Shown piece by piece: positions 26,901 through 39,125 of a stretch of 64,000 nucleotides of DNA. Position 1 is the first letter of the stretch. Each line of letters starts with the position of its first letter. The notes under the pieces were generated by a model. It saw only the letters and a program-made list of their open reading frames with translations, did not search any database and had not been told where the DNA came from. Source of the DNA: Spirogloea muscicola. Its lineage: Eukaryota. The stretch covers positions 1,153,691 to 1,217,690 of the forward strand of contig WELB01000016.1 in the NCBI GenBank assembly GCA_009602725.1, written 5' to 3'. A program made the translations under genes and the position numbers.

Positions 26901-29900
26901 CATCTGAACTATGTCAATGTTTCTGGGAATTTCTTGACTGGCCCAGTCTCGGGTGTGAGAGTCAACATCTCCAATAATTGCTTCAAATTTCAGGCAAAAC
27001 AGAGGCCGCCTTCAGTGTGCGCAGCACAGTTGGCTCCACGTAATGACCCTTTGCACGACCAACTGCATCCTAGCATCTGTAAGCATGGAGGCAGTTAGCG
27101 ATCAGCGAGCTCAGAAGATAAAAAATGCCTTGGACTTGTCCTAGATCAGCTTGCATAGACATCTGCAGGAGAAAAGGAAATCTACTAAGCCATAAGGATG
27201 TCACTGAACTTCCACATCCTTGATCAGAGCTCCTCTTGATCATTTCTCTTTGTGTGCACATGCAGCATGCAATACTACCGAAGACATACCCACCTGCAAC
27301 AATCTTGGTGTAGAGTATGATCAAGAATGCAGTCATGCAGTTTGCAAGTAGGCCAAAAGCACTTTGACCCAGCAACAGACGCACACAATGCCTCCTATAG
27401 GTCTCCTAAAATACATGATCTGCTCCACATTCGGCTCGCTGGTTGACCACCAAAGCACTCGAGATGACTCGTTTATTTGGACTTTTCAGCTCCCACAATC
27501 TCATGATGTCATGTGACCCACCATGAACATGGAAGCTCGTGTAAGAAAGCTGGATGTTACTTGTGTGTGTTGATCTGCAGTAGCACAAGTGCACGGTGCC
27601 ACTTGTTCCAATACGACGATGGACAACCGTGTGCGACTCCAACTGGAGGTCACTCATACCAATGCTCCAATCTCACCTGCTTGTAAGTGAATCCCAGTCT
27701 GACAAACCTACAGCAATCAACCTCTGTTTGTCTGTGGTTCGACGTGGAAAGAAGGACAAGTTGCTTGCTTCAAACTTCTCGAAAGCGCAGCTTAAGTACG
27801 AATAGCTCACTGCACTTCGTTGCAGTAGCATGAGGAACGCCTCAATCTGCTTCAGTTCCTGCAGTGTTGAGGATTGATACTTGGAATCATAACAGCTGAC
27901 CTCTGTACAGATTGATCCTCACCATCTACATGGACGACAATGTTGACACCTCACAGGTTTCCATTTACCTGCACAGGGCTGGTACATGCACATTCCAAAG
28001 TGTGCGCACACCGGTTATCAACCACACATGCACTGATGTTGCCCAGCTCAATCTTGGGTGGAGTGTGAATTGCTTTGACGCCCGCTGTGCAAGGTAACAA
28101 GCTGAAGCCATCTGAAACTCCGGTTCATATAGCTGACTACAGGGGTACAGATCCAGCACTTAGGACTTACCGTCGACGATGTTTTCAACCAACAACTTCT
28201 GAACCACCACTTCCTGGAACATTTCCGAAAATGCCCTACAGAGCCAGTAGGGCATGCAGTGTAAACATTGACCCGTTAAGTTGTTGATTATTGCATGGTC
28301 CACCTAGCAGATACTGCACCCATTCCGACTCCAATGTTCTAGTCCCGGCATGGTCTGCTCTGGTAACAGGGCTGCAAACCTCAGGTTGAAACCAAGCCAT
28401 GATGCACCATCATATGCTATTTCCTTGAGCTAAATTCCACTCCATGCGTACTTTGTTGACAGCAATGGATCATGCACCCTGCGACAAGTATACAATACCT
28501 CCAAAGATTGTCAGACTTCAAATAGTGGCCTGACGTACTCCAGCACCTTCTGCGAGTAAGCTGTCAATACTTGTTATCGAGAGGACCTGCTTTTCCTCAT
28601 AGCAAGCTTTGCGTCATGTATAGCTTCCTTGTCCATAGACACTGCTGAAGACACTATACATGATTGATGCATCAAGGGATGCCATGGTGGCATGTTGACG
28701 TCAGCATTCATAGATAAGCGAGATCGTTCGGCATCCACAAAGAGAAAGAGCTTGTGGAGATACTCACCCCGGGAAGTGAATGTGACAAGGCCTCAGCCAA
28801 GCTAAGCGTCTCAAGCTCCCGGATCAAGTCAAACCGTAGACTTTGCATGTCGCAAGTCCCTAAGCCTGATCCAGCCTTGATACCTTCTGTTGATCAGTGG
28901 TGCCGGCTTTTGCAACTTGCAAAACAATTACACTGATGGAGCAAAGTGCGTTCTGGCCGCCACCGATTACGAGTGTGCCAATACCACATGCTTGTACGTA
29001 AAGCCTTGCCCTTTTGTACAGTACAGTACACTAGAACAAACCATTGAAGAAGTGTCTTCCGTAATACATTGGCACAGAAGGTTAGCTAGCCAATGCTGAC
29101 ATGGACTACTTGTTGTTTGGCATGTCCATTTTCTAGTCATTGCAAGCTTATGATGGTGATTGACCTGTCGCACTCTTGACAGACGGACTCAGAATTGCCT
29201 AGGAGCCATCTAAAGCATCCCAACAACTTCTTATAAGGCGACTCGTGCAAGTATGTGGATGACGTTAATGTGGTGTACATCTGCAGGGAGGGCACTTGCA
29301 CCGCAACATACAATGGCAGAACGAGCTGCAACCCCTATGTATACTTGGACCCATATGGCTATAGAGAGTTTTCAAGTCCTTGCACTATCTACACTTGCAA
29401 TCCAGCGTAAGCGGCCTCAATCTTTCCGGATCTCAGTGTAGTCAACCGGCTCTTTGGATGTGGATGGTGATTCTCAACTTGCCACTGAGAGATGGCTGGC
29501 TGTCTACTTTCTGACGACGTGCCACTGAGATATGGCAGGCTGTCTACTTAATGGGGTGCTTGTCAGCTGTACATAGTCCGCCTGACTTGCTCTGTACTCA
29601 CTATTCCTGTCCTTGTCCATGTTGACAGCACCCTTATGTGTTCCAACATAGATCCAGCCCCGAACACAACCGTGTGCAGCGCTGACATAGACTCGTGCGA
29701 CTTCATCCATACATGCGAGTAAGGCGAAGGGTGACTTTTAAGGCCATCCAAAGGAAGATGTCAGTAGTATAGGCCGCCCCACAGTGCACCAAAATGTGAA
29801 GGAAACTGGCAGTATGATTGTCCGGGGACTCAAGCAACACAGCCTGTCTTATGCTCAAACAACACAGCCTTTGCCTTACACAAAACAAGTTGTTTCTGAT

Positions 29901-30995
29901 GCTCAAATCCTTTGATGTCGGGCAACTCAAGTAGATCTGCTGTTTAAACTATGATAAAGGTATATTACCTATGCTTCAAGGGTAGCATCCAACCGTGGCT
30001 TGCAGAGGACGCTTGTGAGAGTCTACTGCAAGCTTGACATTGAGGCATTGCCAGTATCTCACTTGCTTGCTGCTCGATTGATGTGGCCACCTGGATGCAG
30101 TGGTGTCGGCGGGTGTGATCCCAACAAGTATCATACGGCTGCCAATGGCACAGCTTGCGGCCCTCAAACTGGATTGTTCTGCCAAACATGGGAATGCAGG
30201 TTTCACATCTGAGGAGAAAACGCACCGAGATTGTCTGTTACGCCTGAGAGCTTCTTTACTGCTACTAGATGTTGATAAGCATCGAGTATTGATGTCTCAG
30301 ATGTTAGTTTTGACCAATGTTTGTTGCATATGGCAGGCTGGGCCAGTGCCAGACTGTGACAATCTTCCCGGATGGCACCATCTGTGACACAGAGTACAAC
30401 CCCAACACTGTCAACGCCATTGACTCTCAATGCCTGATCAGCTCGTGCATGTGAGCATCCGTCCATGATAAATCTAGGGGTGCAAGTTTCACAAGAAGCT
30501 GCATGGTACTCTGTCATCGGGTCCTCTTTTGCAGTATCTCTTTATAATCTGCACTTGACATCTGTATTGGGCTTGTGAGCGCTTGCCACACCACCTGCCA
30601 TCCGTGCAAATCACCACAGACATACAACAAGGTGCCCGCTTTGCTACTCAATTTTGCGTACCGCAAAGTTGTTGCAATGTCATCACCACTCTCACTTTCA
30701 ATGTTGTAACTTCCGTGGAGCCAGTGACGGAGAATGTACCAACTTCGCCGGCAACAAGCCAGCCGGCACCGTGTGCTTGCCACCTGCTGAGCTGTATGAC
30801 GAGCCCTACATCTTTGGGACATGCGAGAGCGACGAATGCTGTGCCCACTGCGATGATGCAGGGAAGTGCGACAGGGACATCAGGGATGGGCAGAGCTGCA
30901 CCAAGTGTTCAACTTTTTGTGGTGAAGGATCAAGTGGGTGTGAGCCCAACGGTTGCAGCTGCCTAAGTACCTATTGCAGGCACAATAGCCATTGA
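23921..30995 (+). CDS. Multi-exon secreted protein: plant-type LRRNT, about 9 LRRs, at least 9 Cys-rich modules; start codon not located
   Basis: Signal-like LATALLTLLCPSSSA. LRRNT exon 24258-24411 (W...PC...CSWYGIQC). GT-AG LRR exons start at 24642, 24856, 25064, 25443, 25739, 26046, 26282 and 26834, mostly 72 nt (LxxNxLxGxIP). Cys-rich exons span about 27977-30995. No TM segment or kinase domain seen. Confidence 0.85.
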
Positions 30996-31591
30996 TGGAT
31001 GCAAATGTGAATCATATGCTGCCGAGCAATATTTTCTCAATGGCCGTGTTCTTAAGGACAAGCCACGGTGGGTACTGGTAGCCTCAGTAAACTGAAGATC
31101 TCAAGAATATTGGAAAGGCACGGACATTACGAGCCCGATATGAAATTCCGCCGTGCGCTTGTTTGGGACACAGAGTCGCTGATATGTTGATTTGGCCTGC
31201 TTCAACTGCAAGGGATGCCACTTCACCATCTTCGATGCTTTTTGAAGGCAACTTACTGAGGGCCATACAGTCAGGGGCCTCAGCTCCTCGGGGCCGCTCG
31301 CCCGGCCGATCCCCACCCTGGCCCCCGGTTTTCTTTCTAGTTGGCCCGCCTGTACCTCCAAGACTTACTCCGGTTCTCTACCAATGTAACGGGCAAGAGG
31401 CCCAGGGTGGACAGGGCACCCCGCAGAGTGCAATACACGACCAGTTCCCGTATGCTCAAATCAACTATGTAATCGCACCTATTAATTGTCAGTCAGCCTG
31501 TCCGTCCCAATACTGGCCCAAGCCCTGCCTCTCTGCCCGCTCAGAGATGGAGCTCAACCGCTCCATCTCCCATCACCTCTCAGCGGGTTCT

Positions 31592-32215
31592 GTCGCACGC
31601 CTCGTAGACCTTGTGGCCACCCACAAGCCGGCCGGCCACGTCTTATCCTGCACGTGGTGACCACCCACGCATACTACCGCTCACACGCAGCCCAGTGTGC
31701 CGTCAAGGTTGGGTATGCGGTCGCCTGCGCCGCTCGAGCTAAGGAGCTCAAAAATGTCAATCATCCGCGCGAAGACGAATTCTTCCCGCTGGCCATTGAC
31801 GCGCATTGGGCGTTGGGCGCTCGGTGGCTCGAGCTGCTCAACCAGCTCGCCCGCCACGCCATCGTCCGCCGCTTCCATGGGGAGCCGGTGGACTTTCCTG
31901 CGGCCGGGTCGCTGGCGCAAGTGTAACGTATGCGCCTGGCCGTCTCGCTGCAGCGGTCCATGGCCCGCGCGCTGCACCTGCGTGCCGGCAGAGCCCTCGC
32001 TGCTGCCTCTGGCTCTGGTCAGGGGACCCACTTCCAGGAGCCTAGCTTCTCTGACCTGCGGCTGCTTAGCAGGGGGTACTGAGTGATTCGTAGCTGCTAT
32101 TGTTTCTCTGTGCGCTTGTCTTTCTTAGCGCTTCTCCTGGGCCCCTTCTCGTCCTTTGTTCATTCTCTTTTGGGCTGGCCTGTCCAGCCCTTACCCTCAG
32201 TGGGCGAGCCCTTTC
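31592..32215 (+). mobile_element. 5'-truncated subfamily B copy inserted in the foldback arm
   Basis: Homolog of about 20340-20945 with a premature TAA at 31924. TTCTG occurs on both sides. Confidence 0.9.
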
Positions 32216-34269
32216 TTCTGCCGTTGGCACGCCGTTCGGCCTTCAACAATCTTCCGCTGCTAACGGTAGCCCGCCATGGCTACCTGCAAGCATACTGGAC
32301 TTCAGGTGGGGCCCGCAGGATGCTGACCTGGCTTGCCACGAGCGCGGGCATGTCCACCTTGCTTTGAGGTCACCTGATGAGACCGCAGCGGGGGCCTCCA
32401 CCGCTGGGCCCGCATGTGCCAGGCCCAGGCTTACCCGTAATCGTCGTAGTTGGGCTTGATGAACAGAATGGTCAACGGCAGCCCTGGCGGGCTAGCGTCA
32501 GCAGCGGAACACTGTTGAAGGCCGAACGGCGTGCCAGCGGCTGGGCAGAGCCCAGTGAGAGGTGATGGGGAGTGGAGCGTTGAGTGGGCAGCGAGGCAGG
32601 GCTTGGGCTAGTAAGTCGAAAGGGACCTCGCAGCGGGGTTGGGCAAGTGCCCTTCATTGTGTGAGTGTCCGGGCCCCTGCCCTCGTCTAGTGTTTTGCAG
32701 TGCTTTGCAGTGTAGTCCTTTTTCGGCACTTCTATCGTTGGCTTTGGATATTGTCCATCTTTTTGGGCTGCCCCTCTTCTCTATGGGCGAGCTCTTTCTC
32801 CTGCGCCAGGAGCGTCGGGCGCCAAGGTCACGAAGGTCTGGTCGACAAAGGTCTGTGTCTGCCTCCGGTCAACCCTTGACCTATGCTGACCTGCGGTCCG
32901 GTCAACAGTGACCTGCCAGGACCGGCGCCAGGAGCTGTGGTGCCGCCATGTGGCGGCTCCTCGCTGCGCTCCGCAACTACCAGGAAGTAGCCGTATCCTA
33001 CCTCGGTTAGCTTAGCACTATGGCTTTAAATCAGCTATGTTCACCTATTAACCGTAATGGTTAACCCCAGATTCACAACAGGCTTGTCATGAGATATTCC
33101 GTCGGTGGCATATTGATGTCGATCTGATGAGGCATGTGAGGTGGCTGCACACGTGGACAACCGAGGCACGTCACCTATCAGTCTCAAGGGAAATAAGATT
33201 TGCCAAGACGGCACCTCCAGCTCAGCCCCGGTCAGGTGAGTGCGCACTTGCCGCTTCGCCGTCAATCTGACATCGGCAGGCGGTCGTCATCCTCTTATCC
33301 AAACCACTCAAGAGAAGTGCATAGCTGCCGGTCTCGGTCAAGATTGCTAGGAGTAGCAGAATCGTGGTCAGCGTCTTCTGTGCTCGACTTACTATCACTG
33401 CTGTTGCTACATGTTCAAGTCTTTGTAGTCAAGGCTTACTTGCTACATCCAGCGCCAGATTCATATCACATTTCTGTGGGGCCTCGCTGGCCATCCATCT
33501 ACAGGCCACATATATCCTATGCAAAACATGTGCCAAGCAAACCCAGCCTCCATTCTTGCAGGCAAGCTTCCCCAACGATGCACTACTGCTGAAGAGGACA
33601 CTTCTAGAGCACGTGAGTGACGCACAGGTCGGAATCTACTCAAGGAAAGGGGCCCACGAATCAAAACATAGTCCAGACCAAGAAGCAATGAAGGTGCGGA
33701 GTCATCGCCGCACAACGAGGCAATCTGTTTGATACGGATCATGAGGTGCAAAAGAAAGCAGCAGCTGAAATGCAGTACGTGGGCTTGGTGAGTCATAAAT
33801 TCCATGTTCGAGGTAGCTGAAAGATACGGAGTATTTATATACATCGTGTCGTCTGTTGGCATGTTTGTTCGCTGTCCTTTGCCAGGCCGCTAAACTACTA
33901 AAGAAGCTAAAGAATCACGTCTGTACGCTGCAGGCGTATAATATGCATCTGCGGCTCTTGATAGATGAGATACCTAAGCTAACTTCATTTAAGTACGTGG
34001 TTTCTGTTGACCATACAAGTGCAGGAACTATGTGTGATAAAGCTTGGAAGACTCTGATGGCACGTGTTTTGTGGAAAAGAAGGGTCAGGTTGCCTCGTCT
34101 CGACGATGCCTCAAACTGCGCTGATTGCTTTGAACAAAGAAGAGAATGTCACTGACAGCGGGGAGTATATGGTACGCCTTCAGCCGGCTGCTAGCTCAAA
34201 AAGCTATGCGACAGAGGTAAGAGGGCTTTGCCCCGCAACCTCTTCTGCCACCGTCTTCATGGTAAATTT

Positions 34270-34965
34270 TTGTGAATTTGAAACAAACGAAGGCCAAATG
34301 GCCAAGTACAAAGGCAAGCACATCTGAAGACCTACATGACATAGCAGAATGACCCGCTCAGTAACCACGGGTCAAAACATGAAGGTCGCTAATCGAAGCC
34401 TGAATACTAGATGGCAGATACGAAGCCCTTCTGCCACCAACTAGAGCTCGCCCAGCTTTCTGGTGCAAAGCATTTGCCTGAGCACGCTGCATACAGGCCG
34501 AAAGTCGTCGTTGCAAGAACGACAGGTGTGCAGCTGGCAAGCCCATCTCAGCCGGGAACACATCTGCATGTCGTGTGTAGCCTAGATTGGCAATATTCTG
34601 AAGGAGAGTGTGGAAACGAGGACCTAGACAGCCAAAGATGTCGACTGCTGCTGGCAGGAGCTAATCGCATTGGGGGAGTTCGGAGTAGTGCTGCAGCTTT
34701 CTTTGTTCTGCACCGCCCACTGCGTGGCCAGCGATGTGCGTCGATGCTGGACCTTTATAGGCCTCCGTAACAACATCATCGACCAGGGCCCGTGGTCCTC
34801 CACCAGGTTGCACGCCCACAGTGTCAAGTGTGCGGCGATGATGACGTCCCTGGGCACCCGTGGTAGTAGGCATGATGTTGTTCACTCCCACGACCGCACG
34901 GTACTTGGCGTCGCGCAGCAAACCCGCCAGGGCTTCGCGGAGGAGGTTGTGGATGCCCAATAGAC
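34270..34965 (-). mobile_element. 5'-truncated subfamily C copy (duplicate of 22290-22980)
   Basis: Same RLE and C-terminal peptide, ending DLHVLTRGY*. Confidence 0.88.
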
Positions 34966-36899
34966 ATCTATAAGCTTGCAAGCGACTGTGCCTCTCGCCT
35001 GAGCAAGTGAGGCAGCTGGAGATTCCAAAGATACAGCACTGACGATGACAAAGGGATGCTGCCTGGCACATATTTTCAAAGCAGTGTTGCTCATTATGCA
35101 CAGCAGTCTGTGTCAAGGCGGAGCTTACATGCAGCTTCTGCTGTTTGTGTTGGCGTGAAGCATGCTGCACTTTTGACAAACCAATCGATGGTAACAAGAG
35201 TGGTCATACTGGCCAGGATCAAAGTACTTACGAGGAGCCTGTATCTCTGAATAAGGACAGAAATCATAATGGCAAGACTGTGCCTCAGGTACTCCTCGAA
35301 TGACTTCACATGAAGGGCATACTTTCATTGCAACCTTTTATATTGATTGTCTTCTCCACATTCTTGTACAGCTTGCAAGCGCATTGAAGCTTCTAGAGGT
35401 TGTACTTAGACGGTGCAATTTGGAAATCCAGTAGTACAGATAAGTGACGGATGCAGTAACCTGTTTGACATATGTGCCGACTTACAAGCTCAAACGATAG
35501 TCGACAAGGGGAACAGATTGAAATCGACGTTGGCCACCAAGTCAGCAGGTAATTGTCAACAACCTGCAGGCTACAAACAGGGATCCTGCATAAGGTGGTG
35601 ATGAGCATAGCGTTAGTGTTGAAGGCACTCAGAGCATCAACATCAGATTAATGTGACCTTCAACAATATTTGATAGACTTTAGGTCAAAGATCAGAGCTG
35701 CAAGCTTCTTGAAGTACCATTTGTAAACTCAAAGTCTGTAGGCCCGTTGTGCAATCTGGAAATTAAGTAAACCATGTTTGTGAGCCTTGAGGTCTCAAAA
35801 TGGGGGACAACACTCCCGTACAGAGGCAATGCTTCGACTGGCACCTGCTGATGTTGCTTTTATGTCATCAAGCTCATGATGATGCTTCTCTATCCACCGG
35901 AAGAAGTGATCCAGCACGTACAATTGATGCAACGCGACAAGCATTCTGTTCTATGGAAGATGTTTCGAGCGCAGATTTCTCTTGCGTTTCACAGGTATCT
36001 GTCACCTATGACCAGGTCGTCACAGTCATTGACGCGTAAACAAGCCGCGTAACATACGCGGCTCGTTTTCTTCAACTAAGACTACATTGAGCATGGAAGC
36101 CAGGAGACTTGCGCTTCTCAGGCTGATTAGTCGACTTCAATCGTCGCTACTATGCAATCGCTTGACGCGGGCAGGATGATACACGAACCGCCTACCCTTG
36201 CCCTTGCCCTTGCTCACATTTCCTTGTAACCTGCAGAACATAAAACCCGAAGCATTCAAGTATGCACGCTTCTTTGATCAAGCCCTGTCTAGCCAAGTTG
36301 GCGACAACCGAAGCAAAGTAGATGGATACTGGTGTAACTGCCACCTGATGGGGCCATAGGACTGGAGCAAGCACTAGGCTGATTAGAGCCTCAGCCTTAG
36401 AGGGCAGGATGGCAGCGATGCGTCTCCCCATCTAATGATCGCCCGTGTGCTGGTACATGACTGTGACGAACCCACCCCTATAGACACCGTAGGAATTACT
36501 AAGAAACACAAGCTTTGTTAATCCATTGCTGAACAAGCAAAATGTCCATCGTGGATCTGGTCATTGGGGGTTGAGAAGCAAACCCTTAACACGGTGAAGG
36601 ACCGCTTACACAACGGTGTGGATTACCTTGCACTGAGGCGCCGCCGACTCACCTCTCGTGCACAAGCAGCAACCGTCCCCCCCCCACGGGAGCAGCCACA
36701 GACTACTCACAAACAGCCGGCGATGATCCGCAGCGACGGGCTGTAGCGTCGGGCTGTGGCAGCAGGCAGCAGCAGGGCTGTGCCTCTCTCTCCGTGGGCC
36801 TCACTGATCCGGAACATAGTTTCCCGGAGTCCGGTGTCAGCCCCACTCCTTGTAGTGCTACAAACGCGCCGTCCAAAGGAGTCTTTGGAAGGCTCGCTT

Positions 36900-37203
36900 C
36901 AAGGCCCACCCTTGGGGAGGGCGGGCCCGACAAGGGGATACATACTAGGGCGAGGGCAGGTTCGTGAGGACCCGGCCGAGCAACTGTCCTTCTGGAAGAA
37001 GGCCTTTCCCAGTAGCGGGCGATCGCTGTGTTTGGCCAGCCCAGAAAACGTTTCAATAACACTCGAAGGCCAGGAAATCGCTGAAGCACGCAGCAACTCA
37101 AGTTGTCGCAGGGTGCTCAATGTGCCCTGTTGAACAGCCGCAGGTCAGAGAAAGCAGTCTCCGGTTAGCAAAATCCCTGTCTAGAGCCAGAGGCGGCAGC
37201 CAT
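36900..37203 (-). mobile_element. Short CRE-like 3' tail (C-terminus + 3'UTR)
   Basis: MAAASGSRQG...FSDLRLFNRAH*, then a UTR with gggctggccaaacacagc. Related to 53640-53890. Confidence 0.8.
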
Positions 37204-37206
37204 CAA

Positions 37207-37279
37207 TGGAGACGAACGGATTTGAACCGATAACTTTATACATGCAAAGCATGCGCTCTACCAACTGAACTACGCCCCC
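37207..37279 (-). tRNA. trnA: Mitochondrion-derived tRNA-Ala(UGC) in NUMT
   Basis: GGGGGCG TAGTTCAGTTGGTAGAGC GCATG CTTTGCA TGTAT...GGTTCAAATCC GTTCGTCTCCA forms a cloverleaf. Confidence 0.9.
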
Positions 37280-37283
37280 GGCG

Positions 37284-37369
37284 TGGAGGAAATGGAATTG
37301 GAACCCATAACATAGAAATTTGTATGTTGACTTAAAAATCAATGCCTTCAGCCACTCAGCCATCCCTCC
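37284..37369 (-). tRNA. trnS: Mitochondrion-derived tRNA-Ser(GCU), anticodon decayed
   Basis: GGAGGGATGGCTGAGTGGCTGAAGGCATTG..., long variable arm, ...CCATTTCCTCCA matches plant mitochondrial trnS-GCU as I recall it. Confidence 0.8.
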
Positions 37370-37396
37370 TATTCAACAATAACTAAAAGCAAAGCA

Positions 37397-37470
37397 CGAA
37401 AAAGACGGGGTTTGAAGCCGCGATCTCCGGCTTGACAGGCCGGCGCTTTGACCAGCTAAGCTACTTCTTT
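37397..37470 (-). tRNA. trnD: Mitochondrion-derived tRNA-Asp(GUC), decayed
   Basis: Anticodon arm CCGGC CTGTCAA GCCGG; D-arm TAGCTTAGCTGGTCAAAGC. Confidence 0.85.
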
Positions 37471-37485
37471 TTTCCGATGGCGTGA

Positions 37486-37556
37486 TAGGCAATCACGGGT
37501 TTGAACCGCTGACTCTCTCGGTGTAAACAGCACTCTACCAACTGAGCTAATTGCTC
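37486..37556 (-). tRNA. trnV: Mitochondrion-derived tRNA-Val(UAC), decayed
   Basis: GAGCAATTAGCTCAGTTGGTAGAGTG...TTTACAC...GGTTCAAACCC. Confidence 0.85.
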
Positions 37557-37566
37557 GGAGTCTGGA

Positions 37567-37860
37567 CTATACCCAATCTAGAGCTCCTTCCTTCCATTCA
37601 TAGAAAAACCCAACATTTAAATCGAATGAGAAAAACATCATGGACCAAATTCTAATGAGCCAATTTTATAGTCAGACTGCCCAAGGAAATAAGGTTACTT
37701 CTAAATCAAAGGTGATGATTAAGATGGAAACCAAACAAATACCGTATGTAAAACCGACCTCGTGCATCATCAAAAGGATCGAAGCCGCATTCATAGGCAG
37801 AGAGTTTTTCTGGATAAGCTAAATGTGAAGAGGAAGAAAACAAAAAGGAAATATGTAGCG
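37567..37860 (-). pseudogene. nad3: NUMT: mitochondrial nad3, 5'-truncated and frameshifted
   Basis: AYPEKLSAYECGFDPFDDARGRF, FDLEVTLFPWAV and YEW..GALDW signature motifs. Confidence 0.95.
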
Positions 37861-37864
37861 ACCA

Positions 37865-38335
37865 GCACCCTGTCTCTGTACCCTGTGGCTCCGCTGACAT
37901 ACTCATCAGTAACCTCTGTATGCCCAGGCTGGCTATCACAGCCGCTCTGCCAATTTCAGCAGCCGCACGTCCTCTGCCTAGCCCGTGGCTCCGCTGTTGT
38001 CGTTATGAAAATTCTCTGTATGCACCTGGCTGGCTTTTACAGCCGCTCTCTTGATGTCAGCAGCCGCATTCTTGCTCTGGAAGCAGCGCGCCTGCGCGCC
38101 ACATCGCCGGCAGGCGCGTCACACCGCGCGTTTCCTCGGGCGTCACCCCCCGCGTCATCCGCGCGTCACACGGGAGTCACTGGCGCGTCACACTGCGCGT
38201 CACTGGGGCGCGGGAGACTGTCAATACGGGGCCCGCCATTCTACATACTAGCGTTGACTCGAGCTCAGACGCCCTCAACGGTGGGAACGCCGCCAAAACG
38301 CAAGGCTGGCCCCTCTCATCACCGACCTTGTGACT
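37865..38335 (+). mobile_element. Two subfamily A-like 3'UTRs followed by a GCGTCAC-array putative 5'UTR module
   Basis: Same arrangement at 54330-54700, and similar sequence upstream of the intact ORF at 45430-45995. Confidence 0.7.
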
Positions 38336-38879
38336 CCTGTCCGGGAAGACTAGTGCACGCCCATTGAGGATAGGGGCTGGAAAAACCAGCCCGCGTCCGC
38401 ATCCCGCGGAGGCCTTCTTTGCGTTCACATGATGTGCCCCGGAAAATCAACGTGGACATGTCTCGCGGCCGCCGCAGCCAGGTCAGCAACATAGCCAGGC
38501 CCGCCAACCAGTACGAGCAGCGAGCGATCCCGGCTGGCACCGGCGGTCCAGCGTGGCGCCCCGTGAGGCTGCCACCNNNNNNNNNNNNNNNNNNNNNNNN
38601 NNNNNNNNNNNNNNNNNNNNNNNNNNNNNNNNNNNNNNNNNNNNNNNNNNNNNNNNNNNNNNNNNNNNNNNNNNNNNNNNNNNNNNNNNNNNNNNNNNNN
38701 NNNNNNNNNNNNNNNNNNNNNNNNNNNNNNNNNNNNNNNNNNNNNNNNNNNNNNNNNNNNNNNNNNNNNNNNNNNNNNNNNNNNNNNNNNNNNNNNNNNN
38801 NNNNNNNNNNNNNNNNNNNNNNNNNNNNNNNNNNNNNNNNNNNNNNNNNNNNNNNNNNNNNNNNNNNNNNNNNNNNNNN

Positions 38880-39125
38880 CTGGCCAGGGGACCCACTTCC
38901 AGGAGCCCAGCATCTCTGATCTGCGGCTGCTTAGCAGGGGTTACTGAGTGTCTCGTAGCAGCTTTGTTTCTGTTACTTAGCGCTTCCCCTGGCCCCCTTC
39001 TCGTACTCTGTTCATTCTTTTTCGGGCTGGTTGTTCCAGCCCCTATTCTCAATGGGCGAGCACTTTCTTCTCTTTTTTGGGCTGGCTTTTCCAGCCCCTA
39101 TCCTCAATGGGCGAGCACTTTCACT
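38880..39125 (+). mobile_element. Subfamily B 3' end next to an N gap
   Basis: GQGTHFQEPSISDLRLLSRGY* followed by a duplicated UTR hairpin. Confidence 0.88.

Noticed and set aside
32370..32400. CTGATGAG as a hammerhead ribozyme core
   Set aside because: No GAAA after the putative stem II, and the 21.1-kb copy has CTGATGTG.
37207..37556. Functional nuclear tRNA cluster or tRNA-derived SINE
   Set aside because: Organelle-type sequences in mitochondrial order next to nad3, several with damaged stems or anticodons.
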